Positions 13,540 to 24,604 of a DNA stretch of 37,742 nucleotides are shown here, one piece after another. Position 1 is the first letter of the stretch. Each line of letters begins with the position of its first letter. The DNA lies in IMG/VR virus record IMGVR_UViG_3300032893_000170, positions 1-37,742 of that record. One strand, 5' to 3'. The DNA is from a virus. Position numbers and translations under genes: made by a program. The notes under the pieces are model-generated. The model had not been told where the DNA came from and did not search any database. It saw nothing but the letters and a program-made list of their open reading frames with translations.

Positions 13540-16500
13540 TTATTCCCCCTGATTTAGTGTACCACTATTGCGCTTTTTAAAATCAGAAATCATTTGACTT
13601 CCTTGTTTTGCTATAGATCCATACTGAAAAAGTATGGTGTCCAATAGCTGCCTTTTTTCAATTGCAGGCATTTTCGGATCATCCTGTATAATTTGATAAG
13701 TCTTTCTTGCAGTTGCCATGCCTTTTGAAATTTCGTTCAGATTTAATTGAAAGTCAGGATGCTCGTTTGCTATTTTCTGAGCAGCCTCAATGTCACCATT
13801 CTTGGCAGCCATCTTATATGTTTCCATTGCTCTATCTGCTTCTTTTTTTGCATCATAAAAGTCTTGAGAATATTGCGTATTAAATGACGGATATCGAACC
13901 AAAAATGAATGAAGAACCGGAGAGTCCTGCCACGGCTCCGCTTTATCAGAATTAAGAGCCTCAAGCCGTTTGTTTTTTTCTTCTTGAGACGCCGAAGACT
14001 TGTCTATCTCATTTCTTTTTTCTTGGTTGATAAGAGCATCTGCTGTTTTAAGCGCCCATCCTCCGGCAGTTCCTCCCCATGCATGAATATAATTTTCTAT
14101 AACAATAGGCGATTGCAATGGAACATTTGATCCTTCTGGACCAATGTCTCTGACATATGGGACGTATCCGATAATTTTGGCTATCTGTTTTGCCGCATTG
14201 CTTGTGTATGGCTTATATTGCATTTCTGGAAGTTCTTTTTCCAGACCCTCATTTACAAGCGGCCTTCCGGTAAAGTTATTTTTGTTTCTCCATTGCTCTA
14301 GGACAGGCTGAATTATATTTGGAATTGGTTCTGGAATAATTGATTTTTGAAATGTATTTACAAAATCTTTAAATCTATTCGGATTTTCCTTGAAATAAGA
14401 ATCAAGAGCAACCTCTGCTCCAGATCCAAATAAAATTCCTGGAGCCCATGGTTTTGGTAACCTTAGAATTGTGGCTGGTTTTTCTGGACCAGATTCACCG
14501 CCAATTAATTTTGTTACATTGAAAAGCCAGTATTGATCCTTCATCCAGTTTGGCTGTGATTGAATCGCTTCATCGTCTTTGTTTGCCGCATATAACATTG
14601 CAGAAACAGCGGTTAATGCGCTTAACTTCGCGATAGTACTTTTTGGATCTTCTTGAAACGCCTGTGCCATTCTATCCAGTGAATTTATGTGGGCACCAAT
14701 AAATGCGACCCCAGTTCTAAGCGCAGACCTCTGAAGACCAACCTTTTGATAATCAGGAACAACTTCTCTAGATCTAAACGCAGCTTCCTCCGGTGAAGTT
14801 CCTTGCGCTATAGATTTCTTATATTCAGCAAATCTAGATGCATTGTCAGTGAGTCGAATAAATCCTTCTGTGGCTTCCATGGCAGTATGGACTGCATTCC
14901 ATGCTAGACCATGTATTGGTGCCTCTTTTTCAGAACTCTCTATTACGTTGTCTTTCATATAAGAATCGTCTAGTCGCATAAACGATGAAGATGCGCCGCC
15001 ATGATAAACCCAGTCTTGATAATCCTTGCTTTCCTTTCCAATCAATTCTTTTAAAACCATGGCCGAATCAAAAAATGGTATCATTCCAGTTTTTGAATAA
15101 ACACCAGCCATTATTTGAGATCTAAAAAAGTGAGACAAAGCAAAGCCTGGATTTACAACTACACCAACCCTGGTCATGTTTGCGAATGTTCGCATTACCT
15201 TGCTCCAGGCATCAATTGATGTGAAGTCCCCGTCCATTCTCTTTAATGAATCGATAACTCCTGGTGCTCCTTCGTAAATCTTTGGTTTTCCATCAACCAT
15301 TATTTGAATTTGATTATCTTTTAAATATGTGGACTCAGGTCTAAAAATATTAAATGCATCCGGATCAATTCCTTCAATTCCTTGTTTTTTTAACGCGGAA
15401 ACAATTTCTTCAGAAGAGACCTCCCTTGGTAGCATGGTTTTTTTTACTTCTGTAAGATATGCATCGGGATTTTCTTCTCCGCCTTCTTCTAAAAGTTTTC
15501 CATCACGCATAGAATCAACAAACGAGTTTCTGATGTCATTTATCATTGCTTTTTTGATAATAGACTCAGTGTTTTTGTAGGTCTGTAGTATTGGGTCTAG
15601 AATATTTAAATCAGACCCATAAATTTTTTTAATAGCCGATCCACCGCGAACTTTTCCTGTATAAAAGTCAGGATCTTGAACTCTATTTAGTGGTATGTGA
15701 TTTTGATTTGCCTCTTTTATGGCAGACAACGAATCATCGCTAATAAGTCCTTTAGCATTTGCAAAATCAAGAACTCTATTTTCAAAATCGACTCTTCTCT
15801 GATTTATTTCTTCAAACTTATCCTGTCCTTCATCAACAACTTTTTGCGCTTTTTCTCTATCAAAATCAGAGTATGGTGTTATCTTTCGGTCGTCTAGTTC
15901 TAGCGCTCGTTTAGCGATACCATAAGCTCGATATCCATTTATGTCACCATCTGGAATGTCTTTAAATATGGCATTTAGTCCCTCGCCATTTATTTCATTT
16001 GTAATTCCATCTCTGGTTCCAAATTCAGCAAATGATCTGACTGTGTCTGTGTGTGCGGCAAATCTTCTTCCCTTTTGATAAGCATCATCTTTCGCACTTA
16101 TTTCAGCACCGTTTGCCTTTGCTTCTTTTAGCGCTGAATATAGTGGGTCTAAGTAGTCCTGATTTCTGGCATACCAATCATCAAATTTTTGGCCAAATTC
16201 TTTATTTTTGGGCTCTTCACTGATTCCAATTTTATCTAGAATCTCTTTTGCCTCCGGAGATCTTTCGGCAGAATCAATGGGAGGTATTTTACCAACATCT
16301 TCCTTTGGAACTAGTTCAACTTTTGGAGGCTCACCAGTTAACTCCTTTGTTGGAGTCTCACCTTCTTTTGTTGGTGCCACATCTTTTTCAGACGGCGTAA
16401 TCCTCAAGTCTGTTGGTTGTGCTTCTTTTGGTGTTGAGTTATCGCCAGCCAAAATGTCTTGTTTAAGCTGAACGTCTTGTGATGCCGCAGTAACAACATC

Positions 16501-17337
16501 TGCAGGTGTTTGTCCTGTCTCTGAATGAATGTTACGAAGTTTTGGTACAACATGAACAATTCCATGTATACCGCCAAGAACAAGTGCTCCATCTAAAAAA
16601 TCATCAAAATGCGGCAAATGTCCTTCTAGTGCAGATCCAATGGTTGTCATTGATCCAAGCTCTGCTGCGGTTTTTGCAGCAGTAGTTAGTGCCGGACCAG
16701 CAAAACCCTCTGTAATAGTTTCTGCGGCGCCACCAGTTGCTGCGGTTGCAACTCCTGTTATCATTCCTTTTGTATATTCCCATCCCGAACCCACAAGCCT
16801 ATCAACAAAATCTGATGCATTTTTTATGTCACCTTTTTCATAGTGATCCATTAAAAACTTTCTGATAGCTTGAACGGCACCAAATCCTGCCCCCATCCCT
16901 ATTGGTGTTTCTGGACCACCGGCAGCAACGCTTGCTGCCAAAAATTGAGGAGCATCACCAATCATTTGTCCTGTCTGGCTCATTACGCGCATGGCGCGTG
17001 ATGCATTCTCAGGAAGAATTGTTGTTGGTGCTCCATGAATAATTAGTCCAGAAGTAGAACCTTGAATTCCAGCAATAAACGCTGACATAAAATTATCTGC
17101 ATAAGATTTGTTTTGTGTTGCTCCAGACTTTTCTTGTGACGAAGAATAAACTTTGTGCGCGTCTAAATTTTTTTGTATATAATTCTTGGTTGCAGACATG
17201 TCTGGTTCTGGAGATGCCGAAGGAACTATTCCCATTTGCTCATCCGTCATTGCATCCGGCTTTGGCGATTCCATCTGTGCATCAGTAAGTGCTTCACCAG
17301 AAGAACCCATCTGCTGGTCTGTTAGGACATCTGCCAT
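13540..17337 (-). CDS. Large internal virion/ejection protein (T7 gp16 position and size class, 1265 aa)
   Basis: Assignment rests on synteny and size only. No lysozyme or transglycosylase motif recognised. Confidence 0.55.
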   Translation of the reverse strand: MADVLTDQQMGSSGEALTDAQMESPKPDAMTDEQMGIVPSASPEPDMSATKNYIQKNLDAHKVYSSSQEKSGATQNKSYADNFMSAFIAGIQGSTSGLIIHGAPTTILPENASRAMRVMSQTGQMIGDAPQFLAASVAAGGPETPIGMGAGFGAVQAIRKFLMDHYEKGDIKNASDFVDRLVGSGWEYTKGMITGVATAATGGAAETITEGFAGPALTTAAKTAAELGSMTTIGSALEGHLPHFDDFLDGALVLGGIHGIVHVVPKLRNIHSETGQTPADVVTAASQDVQLKQDILAGDNSTPKEAQPTDLRITPSEKDVAPTKEGETPTKELTGEPPKVELVPKEDVGKIPPIDSAERSPEAKEILDKIGISEEPKNKEFGQKFDDWYARNQDYLDPLYSALKEAKANGAEISAKDDAYQKGRRFAAHTDTVRSFAEFGTRDGITNEINGEGLNAIFKDIPDGDINGYRAYGIAKRALELDDRKITPYSDFDREKAQKVVDEGQDKFEEINQRRVDFENRVLDFANAKGLISDDSLSAIKEANQNHIPLNRVQDPDFYTGKVRGGSAIKKIYGSDLNILDPILQTYKNTESIIKKAMINDIRNSFVDSMRDGKLLEEGGEENPDAYLTEVKKTMLPREVSSEEIVSALKKQGIEGIDPDAFNIFRPESTYLKDNQIQIMVDGKPKIYEGAPGVIDSLKRMDGDFTSIDAWSKVMRTFANMTRVGVVVNPGFALSHFFRSQIMAGVYSKTGMIPFFDSAMVLKELIGKESKDYQDWVYHGGASSSFMRLDDSYMKDNVIESSEKEAPIHGLAWNAVHTAMEATEGFIRLTDNASRFAEYKKSIAQGTSPEEAAFRSREVVPDYQKVGLQRSALRTGVAFIGAHINSLDRMAQAFQEDPKSTIAKLSALTAVSAMLYAANKDDEAIQSQPNWMKDQYWLFNVTKLIGGESGPEKPATILRLPKPWAPGILFGSGAEVALDSYFKENPNRFKDFVNTFQKSIIPEPIPNIIQPVLEQWRNKNNFTGRPLVNEGLEKELPEMQYKPYTSNAAKQIAKIIGYVPYVRDIGPEGSNVPLQSPIVIENYIHAWGGTAGGWALKTADALINQEKRNEIDKSSASQEEKNKRLEALNSDKAEPWQDSPVLHSFLVRYPSFNTQYSQDFYDAKKEADRAMETYKMAAKNGDIEAAQKIANEHPDFQLNLNEISKGMATARKTYQIIQDDPKMPAIEKRQLLDTILFQYGSIAKQGSQMISDFKKRNSGTLNQGE

Positions 17338-18968
17338 TATTTATTTTCCTTTACCGGATACCATTTTCCATCAGAATCATTCCTCTGCCTCATAATCCCG
17401 TCTGGACCTTTCATAATTCTTGGCCGATTAACTGTCTTTTCAGTTGTACCCTGTTGTTTGGTTTCCTGAGAACCTTGTATGTTGTATTGTCCTCTTATTT
17501 CGTCTGCTTTTTGCTTTATAATATCAGCAGGTGTTTGCATATATTGTTGAATGTTTTTTCCAAAAAAGTCAGGCGAACTAGGATTCAAAACAGAATCAAC
17601 AGACTTTCCATTGTTAACCGCACTTTGTTTTGCTTGCTGCAATGCATTTGTAAACTGCATTAATTGAAGCTCACCACCAGCATATTTTTGTCCGCCATTG
17701 GCAGAGTTTATTTTTTCTTTTGCAAATTCTATTAATGATTTTTCGTTTGAAAGATTTGCTCTTCCTTGTGGTGTTTTATCAAGCATTGTAAGCATTGTCT
17801 TATAATCATCGCCAGTCAAACCACGAGATGTCTGTTTCATGAGTTCTTCCGGTGAAGATATCTGACCATTTAAAATTCTTGAATTTATATCGTTATAAAC
17901 AGTTGGTGGTGTCGAAGTTTGTCCTTTTGCAGCAAGCCTTGCTATTTCAGCATTTGATTTAAGCATTGCTTGAGTTGCTTCCATTGTCATACCAAGCTTT
18001 TGAGCACCAGAAATAATTTCTTTTGTAGAAAGAGTTCCAGCAGCCATTTTTGGAACAATACTTGTTTGCCAATTCTGTATCGCAGCTTCGTTCTGAATTT
18101 TTTGAACATCTAAAACACGATTACCTTCGGTTTGTGCAGCATTAAAGTTTGCCCTAGATTGCTTTATTAGGGCCGCCTTTTGATCAGCATTAAGATAATC
18201 ATCAAGAAAGTTTTTACCTGTATCTGGGTCGACATGATTTAAAAGACCTTCGACAGCATTATACCTAGGATCTCTTGGATCTAATTTACCACCGCTTGAA
18301 ACCATATCACTTACCACGGCATCAAAGCTTTTTTGCATCACACCTTTTACCATGGAATCAGCTAATAGAGTCTGGTCCTGCTTTTTCATTGCCTGAAGTT
18401 GAGCAGGATTTTTATTCATGTTTGGGTCATTTTCGTATCCATTGTATTTTTCATCAAGGGCACCCATCTCGTTTGCAAAAGTTCCTGGAGATGGATCTTG
18501 CATTACAATATTTGATGAAATATTCATTGCATTGGTATGGGACGCTACTTCGTTTGCTCCAGCAATTTGCGCACTACCTTGTGCTGCCCAACGGATTAAA
18601 GAACCTCTGGTTCTGCCCGATGCGCGTTCAAATTCAGCTCTGCCGCGAGGTGTGCTAAACTTAGATCCAGCATCACTTGCCCAGTTGTCATAATCATCTA
18701 AGAGCGTATTTTGATCCAAAATTCCGCGCTTTGTTTCGTCCTGAACTCTATTAAAAAAATCTGCCTTTGTTCCAGCAACCTGCTCTTGTGCGTCAGCGGC
18801 CTCCATCATGGAAGCCCTATTTTCTAAAACATTGGCGGTTTCAGTAATTCCCCTACCTAGCTGTTCAACGCCTTCTCCAAAACGATCAACAACATTTAGA
18901 TTTGCGCTGGCGCCGCCTTGTGGTTCAGCAGCGGATTGTTCTGGTAAATATTCTTGTATTCTAGCCAT
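17337..18968 (-). CDS. Internal virion protein (gp15 position, 543 aa)
   Basis: Synteny only. The start overlaps the upstream stop. Confidence 0.45.
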   Translation of the reverse strand: MARIQEYLPEQSAAEPQGGASANLNVVDRFGEGVEQLGRGITETANVLENRASMMEAADAQEQVAGTKADFFNRVQDETKRGILDQNTLLDDYDNWASDAGSKFSTPRGRAEFERASGRTRGSLIRWAAQGSAQIAGANEVASHTNAMNISSNIVMQDPSPGTFANEMGALDEKYNGYENDPNMNKNPAQLQAMKKQDQTLLADSMVKGVMQKSFDAVVSDMVSSGGKLDPRDPRYNAVEGLLNHVDPDTGKNFLDDYLNADQKAALIKQSRANFNAAQTEGNRVLDVQKIQNEAAIQNWQTSIVPKMAAGTLSTKEIISGAQKLGMTMEATQAMLKSNAEIARLAAKGQTSTPPTVYNDINSRILNGQISSPEELMKQTSRGLTGDDYKTMLTMLDKTPQGRANLSNEKSLIEFAKEKINSANGGQKYAGGELQLMQFTNALQQAKQSAVNNGKSVDSVLNPSSPDFFGKNIQQYMQTPADIIKQKADEIRGQYNIQGSQETKQQGTTEKTVNRPRIMKGPDGIMRQRNDSDGKWYPVKENK

Positions 18969-19555
18969 TACATGCCTAACCCTTCTTGCTCACCTAATAA
19001 TGATGGGTTTAATCTATTCAAATTTGTTTTAAGAGCATCGTTTTCAGAAGAAGTAAGATCAGCAGAAGTCATTGACGTTGGATTTTCTGAACCAGTTCCG
19101 CTGGTAAGTATGCCCCCAGCAAGAGATGAACTGCCACCAAGAACACTGCCAATCGCTGAAAAATAACTTCCTTCAAGAGCAGAGTTTCCACCAAATTCAT
19201 CTAGTGACGCCTGGTTTTCATGGTTTATTGCGTTTATTTCAGATCCATGAATAATATTTTGACGATCGAGCTCAGCGTTCATTGCTCCGGCCATTAAAAC
19301 AGATTGTGCAGAGGTAGATCCAGATGTTATACCGGCGGCACCGTACGCAGCGGCTGCCCTACCAAGCGCTTGTTTAGCAACCAATTCCTGTCTAAATGCA
19401 TTGTATTGTCCAGCCTGAAGCGCTTCCTCGGCTTGAACGCGTTGCATTTCTGCCTGAGCATTTAAAGTATTGGCGGTCATGCGACCCTTTAAAAGTGAGC
19501 CACCAGCACTAACCAATCCTCCGATTGAACTTACTGCAGGCATTGCACCGGCCAT
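18968..19555 (-). CDS. Ala/Gly-rich internal virion protein (gp14 position, 195 aa)
   Basis: Synteny and size. Gly/Ala/Ser-rich N- and C-termini. Confidence 0.45.
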   Translation of the reverse strand: MAGAMPAVSSIGGLVSAGGSLLKGRMTANTLNAQAEMQRVQAEEALQAGQYNAFRQELVAKQALGRAAAAYGAAGITSGSTSAQSVLMAGAMNAELDRQNIIHGSEINAINHENQASLDEFGGNSALEGSYFSAIGSVLGGSSSLAGGILTSGTGSENPTSMTSADLTSSENDALKTNLNRLNPSLLGEQEGLGM

Positions 19556-19992
19556 TATCTGCCCCCCAGATAAACCATAAGACTACAATCTTCGCCATTT
19601 GGTAAAAATTTTATAGCGCGTTCACATTCGGTTATAAATCCAAGCATTTTTGCTCTACGTATTCCGATTTCGAAATTACATGGAACCGCAATTTCAAGCC
19701 TATTATAAAATGGCGCAACATCATTTAAAAATGACTTAATTCCTCTAAAAATAGGAACAAAGTACTCTTTTGAGTTTTCATCAAAAACAGTCCAAAGATA
19801 TCCTCTTCCATTCCAATATGGCACTATTCCACCACACACAACTGGTTTTCCATTTATCATACCAGTAATTGATGAAAGTTTTTCAAGAACATCGAAGTCA
19901 ACTGTTTTAAAAAATTCAACATTATCAGAGTTTGATTTTTGATTAAGCATCTCACTAAGATGTCCTCTTTTAAAGGCTACCTTCTCAAACAT
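19555..19992 (-). CDS. Small virion-module protein (gp13 position, 145 aa)
   Basis: Synteny and size only. Confidence 0.35.
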   Translation of the reverse strand: MFEKVAFKRGHLSEMLNQKSNSDNVEFFKTVDFDVLEKLSSITGMINGKPVVCGGIVPYWNGRGYLWTVFDENSKEYFVPIFRGIKSFLNDVAPFYNRLEIAVPCNFEIGIRRAKMLGFITECERAIKFLPNGEDCSLMVYLGGR

Positions 19993-22816
19993 CGAACTCC
20001 TCCATAAATGAAGTCAAAGATTGAATGCACCCAGGAAGGGCCGAGTTCATTTCAATGCATGGCTGACTATCGAAATCATAGGCACTTTCTAATCCTTCTC
20101 TTATCATTCCGGAAAATAGTGGCATTGCTTTGTCTGCCTGGTCAACATCTGCTTGTGAAAATTGAACAGGAATCAAATTATTAAAACTAGTGCCAAGAGA
20201 CAAATCGCCGGTTCTATATAGTTGCGCTGCAAGTCTTGTAGTTCTTCTTGTTTTTCCAATTGATGTGCCATCCGGAGATCCGGCATCCGGCCTTAGGAGT
20301 TGAATCTGAGATTTAAAACCGTATCCAAGTTGAACTTTTGCGGCAGGAAATGGAAGAGTTACCGAACCAGAATTACTTACAACAAGGTTTCCACAAATCC
20401 CACCATCTAAAAGAGCTGAAATAGTTTCATTTTCAAGCCAGGCAATACCAGAAATTGTTGTAACTAGTTTTGCTGCCTGTCCACCAGAAACATATGGGCT
20501 TACAATTCCACCATCACTAGGATCAACTGGAAGTGTTGAGATGGGATTTCCTTCAAAATCAAAAAGCTGAAACGTGTTACCAGAGATGCCCTGAATTATA
20601 AATTGATTCCCATTTACTACACTTGTGGTTGTTTGGTTTCCATTAGAATCGGTTAGCGTTTTTGAAACACCAACAACATCATTTATGGTAATATGATCAC
20701 CATTACTAAATGGCACCGGAACACTTATGTTTACAACAGCAGGAACTGCTGCAGTTATATTTGTGATCGTGTATGGACTATAAAATGTTCCACCGCAGTC
20801 CAATTGGAAGGCATCGTCCTGTGACACAGAGTCATCAAAAATCTTTGTCATGTATTCGATGCAATTTACGGTAGATCCATTGATGTATCTTTTTACAACA
20901 ATCCAAAGTTGATCAAATGTAAGGTCCGGAGCGGGGATAGATGCAATTGAAAGTGCGGCCGGGATTGTTCCAGATGCATCAGATCTACCGCCAAGATGAT
21001 GTGGCATCCATCCGGCGATAAGTGAAAGGTCATCTCTGTTGTAAATCATAGAAATCAATGCACCATCTGATCTTACGGCCCAAATTATTGGATGTGTTTC
21101 TTTTGTAACTGCCAAAACAGTAACTGATGGAATGGCTATTTGCTCTGAAAGTTCAGTCAAATCTATTGACCTAAATGTTCCTGCCGCAAAAAAGAAACTC
21201 ATTTCTCTTATTTTTCGTCCCGCCCTTTGAACATAAAGAGTTCCATTTCCAATCTTCACTGGATTGATGGAAGAACTTCCAAAAAACGATGTCTGCTGAG
21301 CATTGAAGTTTGTTGGAGTAAGCGCATCACTTGTAGAAGATGGTGTCATTACCCATTCAGAAACATAGGTAGCAGCCAGAAGTCCCTGAGCTGTAGAAGA
21401 CATCCACTGGATAGAATTTAGATCGGTTGAGTTTAGTTGAAATGAAAATGCATTTTTATCTGTTACATTCAGCGTTGCTGGATCAGATGGTGCAAAGTTT
21501 TCATAATTTCCAACTTCACTGCCGTCCACTTCTTGTGGGGCTCCGCCAGCACCACCCAAAACAAGTCTATCCTGATGAAATGTTCCACATCTTGGAAATC
21601 CAAATCCAGGAGAATATACACCAAGTTGCCAAGTTGTTGCGACTGTATTTAATACGACACCATTAAGACCACCAAGAGGAAAGTTTATTAATGCCTTTGC
21701 TGCATTTTCAAAGCTTGCGAGATATCCATAGAATCTAACAGTTCCAACAACAAATCCCATTATTCTGCCAGCATCTGGTATCAATACTCCGGTTAACTTT
21801 TGTGCCAATGCTGACGTCGCAAATAAGGCTATTCTAGAGTTTCCACCAGAAACATATGCATTAGTAAAAGTAGATGCCACTAACAAAAATGTTGTTGTAG
21901 AGGTAACTATGATTTGCCAAGAAACAACTGGCGCCGCAGGAAGTGTCACCGAGTCCCAATTGTTTGCCTCTGTAGTACCAACTATTCCGCTGATAAAAAT
22001 ACTCTGTCCCGTTTGATATCCATGTGCAGCACTAGTGGTTATCTGAATTTGACCAGAACCACCGGGGTCCGTTACTGCCCCACTTATTGTTGCTGGTACA
22101 ATATTTACGTAGTTACCGCCAGCAAGCGTAAACTGATCCACCACTACGTTAGTGCTGTCGCCTATATTCTGATAAGTTTGTAAAGGAAAATATGGTCCAT
22201 CCTGAAATGTGCATTCGGAAAGTTTCCAAGCTGTTTGTGTTTGCCTTTGAAGTTTATATGGTACGTACTTTGGGTGAAATAAATAAAGAGTATCTGCATT
22301 TTGAGCGTACCGAATATCTGCAAGATCTGCCTGAAGATATGGTGTTTGAATTTCTAAAATTGTTCCATTTGCTATAGATGCTGTGGTGATAAAATTGAAC
22401 TCACCTTGCTGCAAAGAAAGCGTTGCTCTAGAGGCATAAAAAAGACCAATTGGTCTTGCAAATTGATCCAAATATTGTGGCCCATACGTTGGGTTACCAA
22501 CCACTTTATAAGAAGAGCCAACGGTCACTAGCTGCCCATTATTTGCATAAAATCTGACATACTGATTTCCAAATTCCAGCATATATGCTTGGGTTTCGGA
22601 AAATTGAAACGGGATTAAAATAGGAGGTGTTGAAAGCTTTGACTGCGCACAAAATTTTGTTCCAGGTCTTCGAACAATTGGACCCTGCAAAAGTGGAAGC
22701 GCGTTTAGACCACTTTGAAGACCTTTTTTGTATCTTGGATTATCTGCCTGACCAAAATAAAGCGGGCTTACCACACCAGAGGAAAAGCTAGACTGAAGTA
22801 CCGCAGCCTTTGGCAT
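19985..22816 (-). CDS. Tail tubular protein B / nozzle-like protein (943 aa)
   Basis: The N-terminal pattern SSFSSGVVSPLYFGQADNPRYKKGL...IVRRPGTKF...FQFSETQAYMLEFGNQYVRFY is typical of podovirus gp12-like proteins. It follows the gp11-like gene. Confidence 0.6.
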   Translation of the reverse strand: MPKAAVLQSSFSSGVVSPLYFGQADNPRYKKGLQSGLNALPLLQGPIVRRPGTKFCAQSKLSTPPILIPFQFSETQAYMLEFGNQYVRFYANNGQLVTVGSSYKVVGNPTYGPQYLDQFARPIGLFYASRATLSLQQGEFNFITTASIANGTILEIQTPYLQADLADIRYAQNADTLYLFHPKYVPYKLQRQTQTAWKLSECTFQDGPYFPLQTYQNIGDSTNVVVDQFTLAGGNYVNIVPATISGAVTDPGGSGQIQITTSAAHGYQTGQSIFISGIVGTTEANNWDSVTLPAAPVVSWQIIVTSTTTFLLVASTFTNAYVSGGNSRIALFATSALAQKLTGVLIPDAGRIMGFVVGTVRFYGYLASFENAAKALINFPLGGLNGVVLNTVATTWQLGVYSPGFGFPRCGTFHQDRLVLGGAGGAPQEVDGSEVGNYENFAPSDPATLNVTDKNAFSFQLNSTDLNSIQWMSSTAQGLLAATYVSEWVMTPSSTSDALTPTNFNAQQTSFFGSSSINPVKIGNGTLYVQRAGRKIREMSFFFAAGTFRSIDLTELSEQIAIPSVTVLAVTKETHPIIWAVRSDGALISMIYNRDDLSLIAGWMPHHLGGRSDASGTIPAALSIASIPAPDLTFDQLWIVVKRYINGSTVNCIEYMTKIFDDSVSQDDAFQLDCGGTFYSPYTITNITAAVPAVVNISVPVPFSNGDHITINDVVGVSKTLTDSNGNQTTTSVVNGNQFIIQGISGNTFQLFDFEGNPISTLPVDPSDGGIVSPYVSGGQAAKLVTTISGIAWLENETISALLDGGICGNLVVSNSGSVTLPFPAAKVQLGYGFKSQIQLLRPDAGSPDGTSIGKTRRTTRLAAQLYRTGDLSLGTSFNNLIPVQFSQADVDQADKAMPLFSGMIREGLESAYDFDSQPCIEMNSALPGCIQSLTSFMEEFDV

Positions 22817-22818
22817 GG

Positions 22819-23466
22819 TTACATCCTCACTAGAATGTAGGAATCAATCGGAGGCTGTACTGGTTGTTCCTCAAATGAATTTCGTTGTTTTGCCTTTGCC
22901 ATGATTTCCTTATAAATCTGACCAAGCGCTGCAAGCTTTGTATTGCTTTGAGTAAGCTCTTCACAGGTTTCAATTGCAAGTCTTGCCGAAAGAGCCTCTG
23001 CAAAACAGGAATCAAATGAATTTTCTTGTATGTCGTTACTAACATACCTAAACATTAATGGCGATGGTGAATTTGTTGCAATGGCCAGCCCTTGATCAGC
23101 GCCCATTTGTTCTATTTGCCAATCATTGTATTGAAGTCCTGAGTTTGGTTGTACTGGAGGAACTGGAACTGCTCCAAATGTATAGTTTGGATTCTGATCT
23201 GGCGGAGCTAACATCAAAAAATCACCGGGAAGTGGGAAATAATTTCTTTTTCCAAATGCTGGCTTTATTGCAGAAGCTGGAACAATCACTCTTTGAATTG
23301 AGAAGCTCCAATAGTTTTCTCTTAAAACACTTTCAAGAGTTGGTTGATACGCACGATTCATAGCTCTGGCGCCACGATCATTGGCCTGCAGAGAGCTTAT
23401 CGGTTGATATCCTAAAAGCTGAAGTGCTCGATTACAGATAGAAGTTTTGGTTGTTGTACTACCCAT
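22819..23466 (-). CDS. Tail tubular protein A / adaptor-like protein (215 aa)
   Basis: ICNRALQLLGYQPISSL...AYQPTLESVLRENYWSF is the characteristic N-terminal pattern of gp11-like proteins, as I recall it. Confidence 0.55.
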   Translation of the reverse strand: MGSTTTKTSICNRALQLLGYQPISSLQANDRGARAMNRAYQPTLESVLRENYWSFSIQRVIVPASAIKPAFGKRNYFPLPGDFLMLAPPDQNPNYTFGAVPVPPVQPNSGLQYNDWQIEQMGADQGLAIATNSPSPLMFRYVSNDIQENSFDSCFAEALSARLAIETCEELTQSNTKLAALGQIYKEIMAKAKQRNSFEEQPVQPPIDSYILVRM

Positions 23467-23481
23467 TTAACCTCCATCATA

Positions 23482-23790
23482 TTAGCTATAAGGCACTGTG
23501 ACAAGATCTGCGTACATTGCAGTTGCAGTTCCTGCGTTCATAAAAAGCTGATACTGGCCAGAAGGCAAATCTAGAATATAGACGCCATTTGTTGTTATGG
23601 TGACAATATCTATTGCTACACCACTTCTTGGTACAAATTGAAGTTTTGTTGTCGTTGGATATGATGTCGCGGTAATAACAAGAGCCGCATGACCACCAAC
23701 AAATGCGGGTTGATTAGCCTCTGGCTGTTGTGTAGCTGGAGAACCACTTGAGTAGTTTGTAACTAATCGAATCCCAGCAATTGCCGACAT
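23482..23790 (-). CDS. Hypothetical virion-module protein (102 aa)
   Basis: Tight ATGA-type packing between the capsid and tail genes. Confidence 0.5.
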   Translation of the reverse strand: MSAIAGIRLVTNYSSGSPATQQPEANQPAFVGGHAALVITATSYPTTTKLQFVPRSGVAIDIVTITTNGVYILDLPSGQYQLFMNAGTATAMYADLVTVPYS

Positions 23791-24026
23791 TATTCTTCAC
23801 CGACCACAGGAGGCCAGTTATCTCTGATAATTTTTTGCATGAAAAGATTCAAAATAATCAAAACCTCTTCTCGGTAAACACCGCGAGATGCACCAGAATC
23901 AGTAACTGTATTTGCAAGATTCACATTTAGCTCGACATTGTTAGCTGTTACAGCCGGACCAGGTTGTGTTTCCACAACTTGATCCAGCGTATAACCAACA
24001 TTTGCACCGTAAAGAATGGTTGCCAT
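23790..24026 (-). CDS. Hypothetical virion-module protein (78 aa)
   Basis: Position only. Confidence 0.5.
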   Translation of the reverse strand: MATILYGANVGYTLDQVVETQPGPAVTANNVELNVNLANTVTDSGASRGVYREEVLIILNLFMQKIIRDNWPPVVGEE

Positions 24027-24038
24027 TTGACTCCCTTA

Positions 24039-24587
24039 TTACGATTGATACCGAACTTTTAGACCAATATATTGCTGTGAAGCAATGGCCGTCGAAACCG
24101 TGACACAGATATCAAGATCCATTCCTGGATCAGCCGACAAACCGATTGCCTGCCAAAGAGGTTGCTCTTGCAATGCAATGGTGTTGGTTCCAGACTGATT
24201 GATGATATCCGTTGGACCACCTGCACCCACAACCGAAAGAGCCGAAGCAAAGAATGCTGCTGAAATCGCAGTTCCTGCGTCAGATGGCATCGGATGTTGC
24301 CCATATGGTGCGATCGGAAATGGTTGATAGTCTGGCCAGTAAACACCTACGTTTACAGCAGCAGCGCCACCAAAGGCACCATTTTGGATCAGAACCGAAC
24401 TAACCCGTGCTCGTGAAGGCACGGTGCATAGTCGGTAAATTGATCCAGCACTATCTGCGTTTGTCACGCTTTGAACGAAACCTTCAGATTCTTTAAACTC
24501 CCCACCAGACACCAGGTTGTCGGTTAAAACCTTAGGAGTAGCATCTCGGTTTGTAATTAAGGTCGATTTTGCACTTTGAACAGCCAT
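24039..24587 (-). CDS. Hypothetical capsid-associated protein (182 aa)
   Basis: Immediately downstream of the major capsid gene. Beta-rich, Gly/Ala/Val-rich composition. Confidence 0.5.
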   Translation of the reverse strand: MAVQSAKSTLITNRDATPKVLTDNLVSGGEFKESEGFVQSVTNADSAGSIYRLCTVPSRARVSSVLIQNGAFGGAAAVNVGVYWPDYQPFPIAPYGQHPMPSDAGTAISAAFFASALSVVGAGGPTDIINQSGTNTIALQEQPLWQAIGLSADPGMDLDICVTVSTAIASQQYIGLKVRYQS

Positions 24588-24604
24588 TTTTTATTCTCCT
24601 AAAA

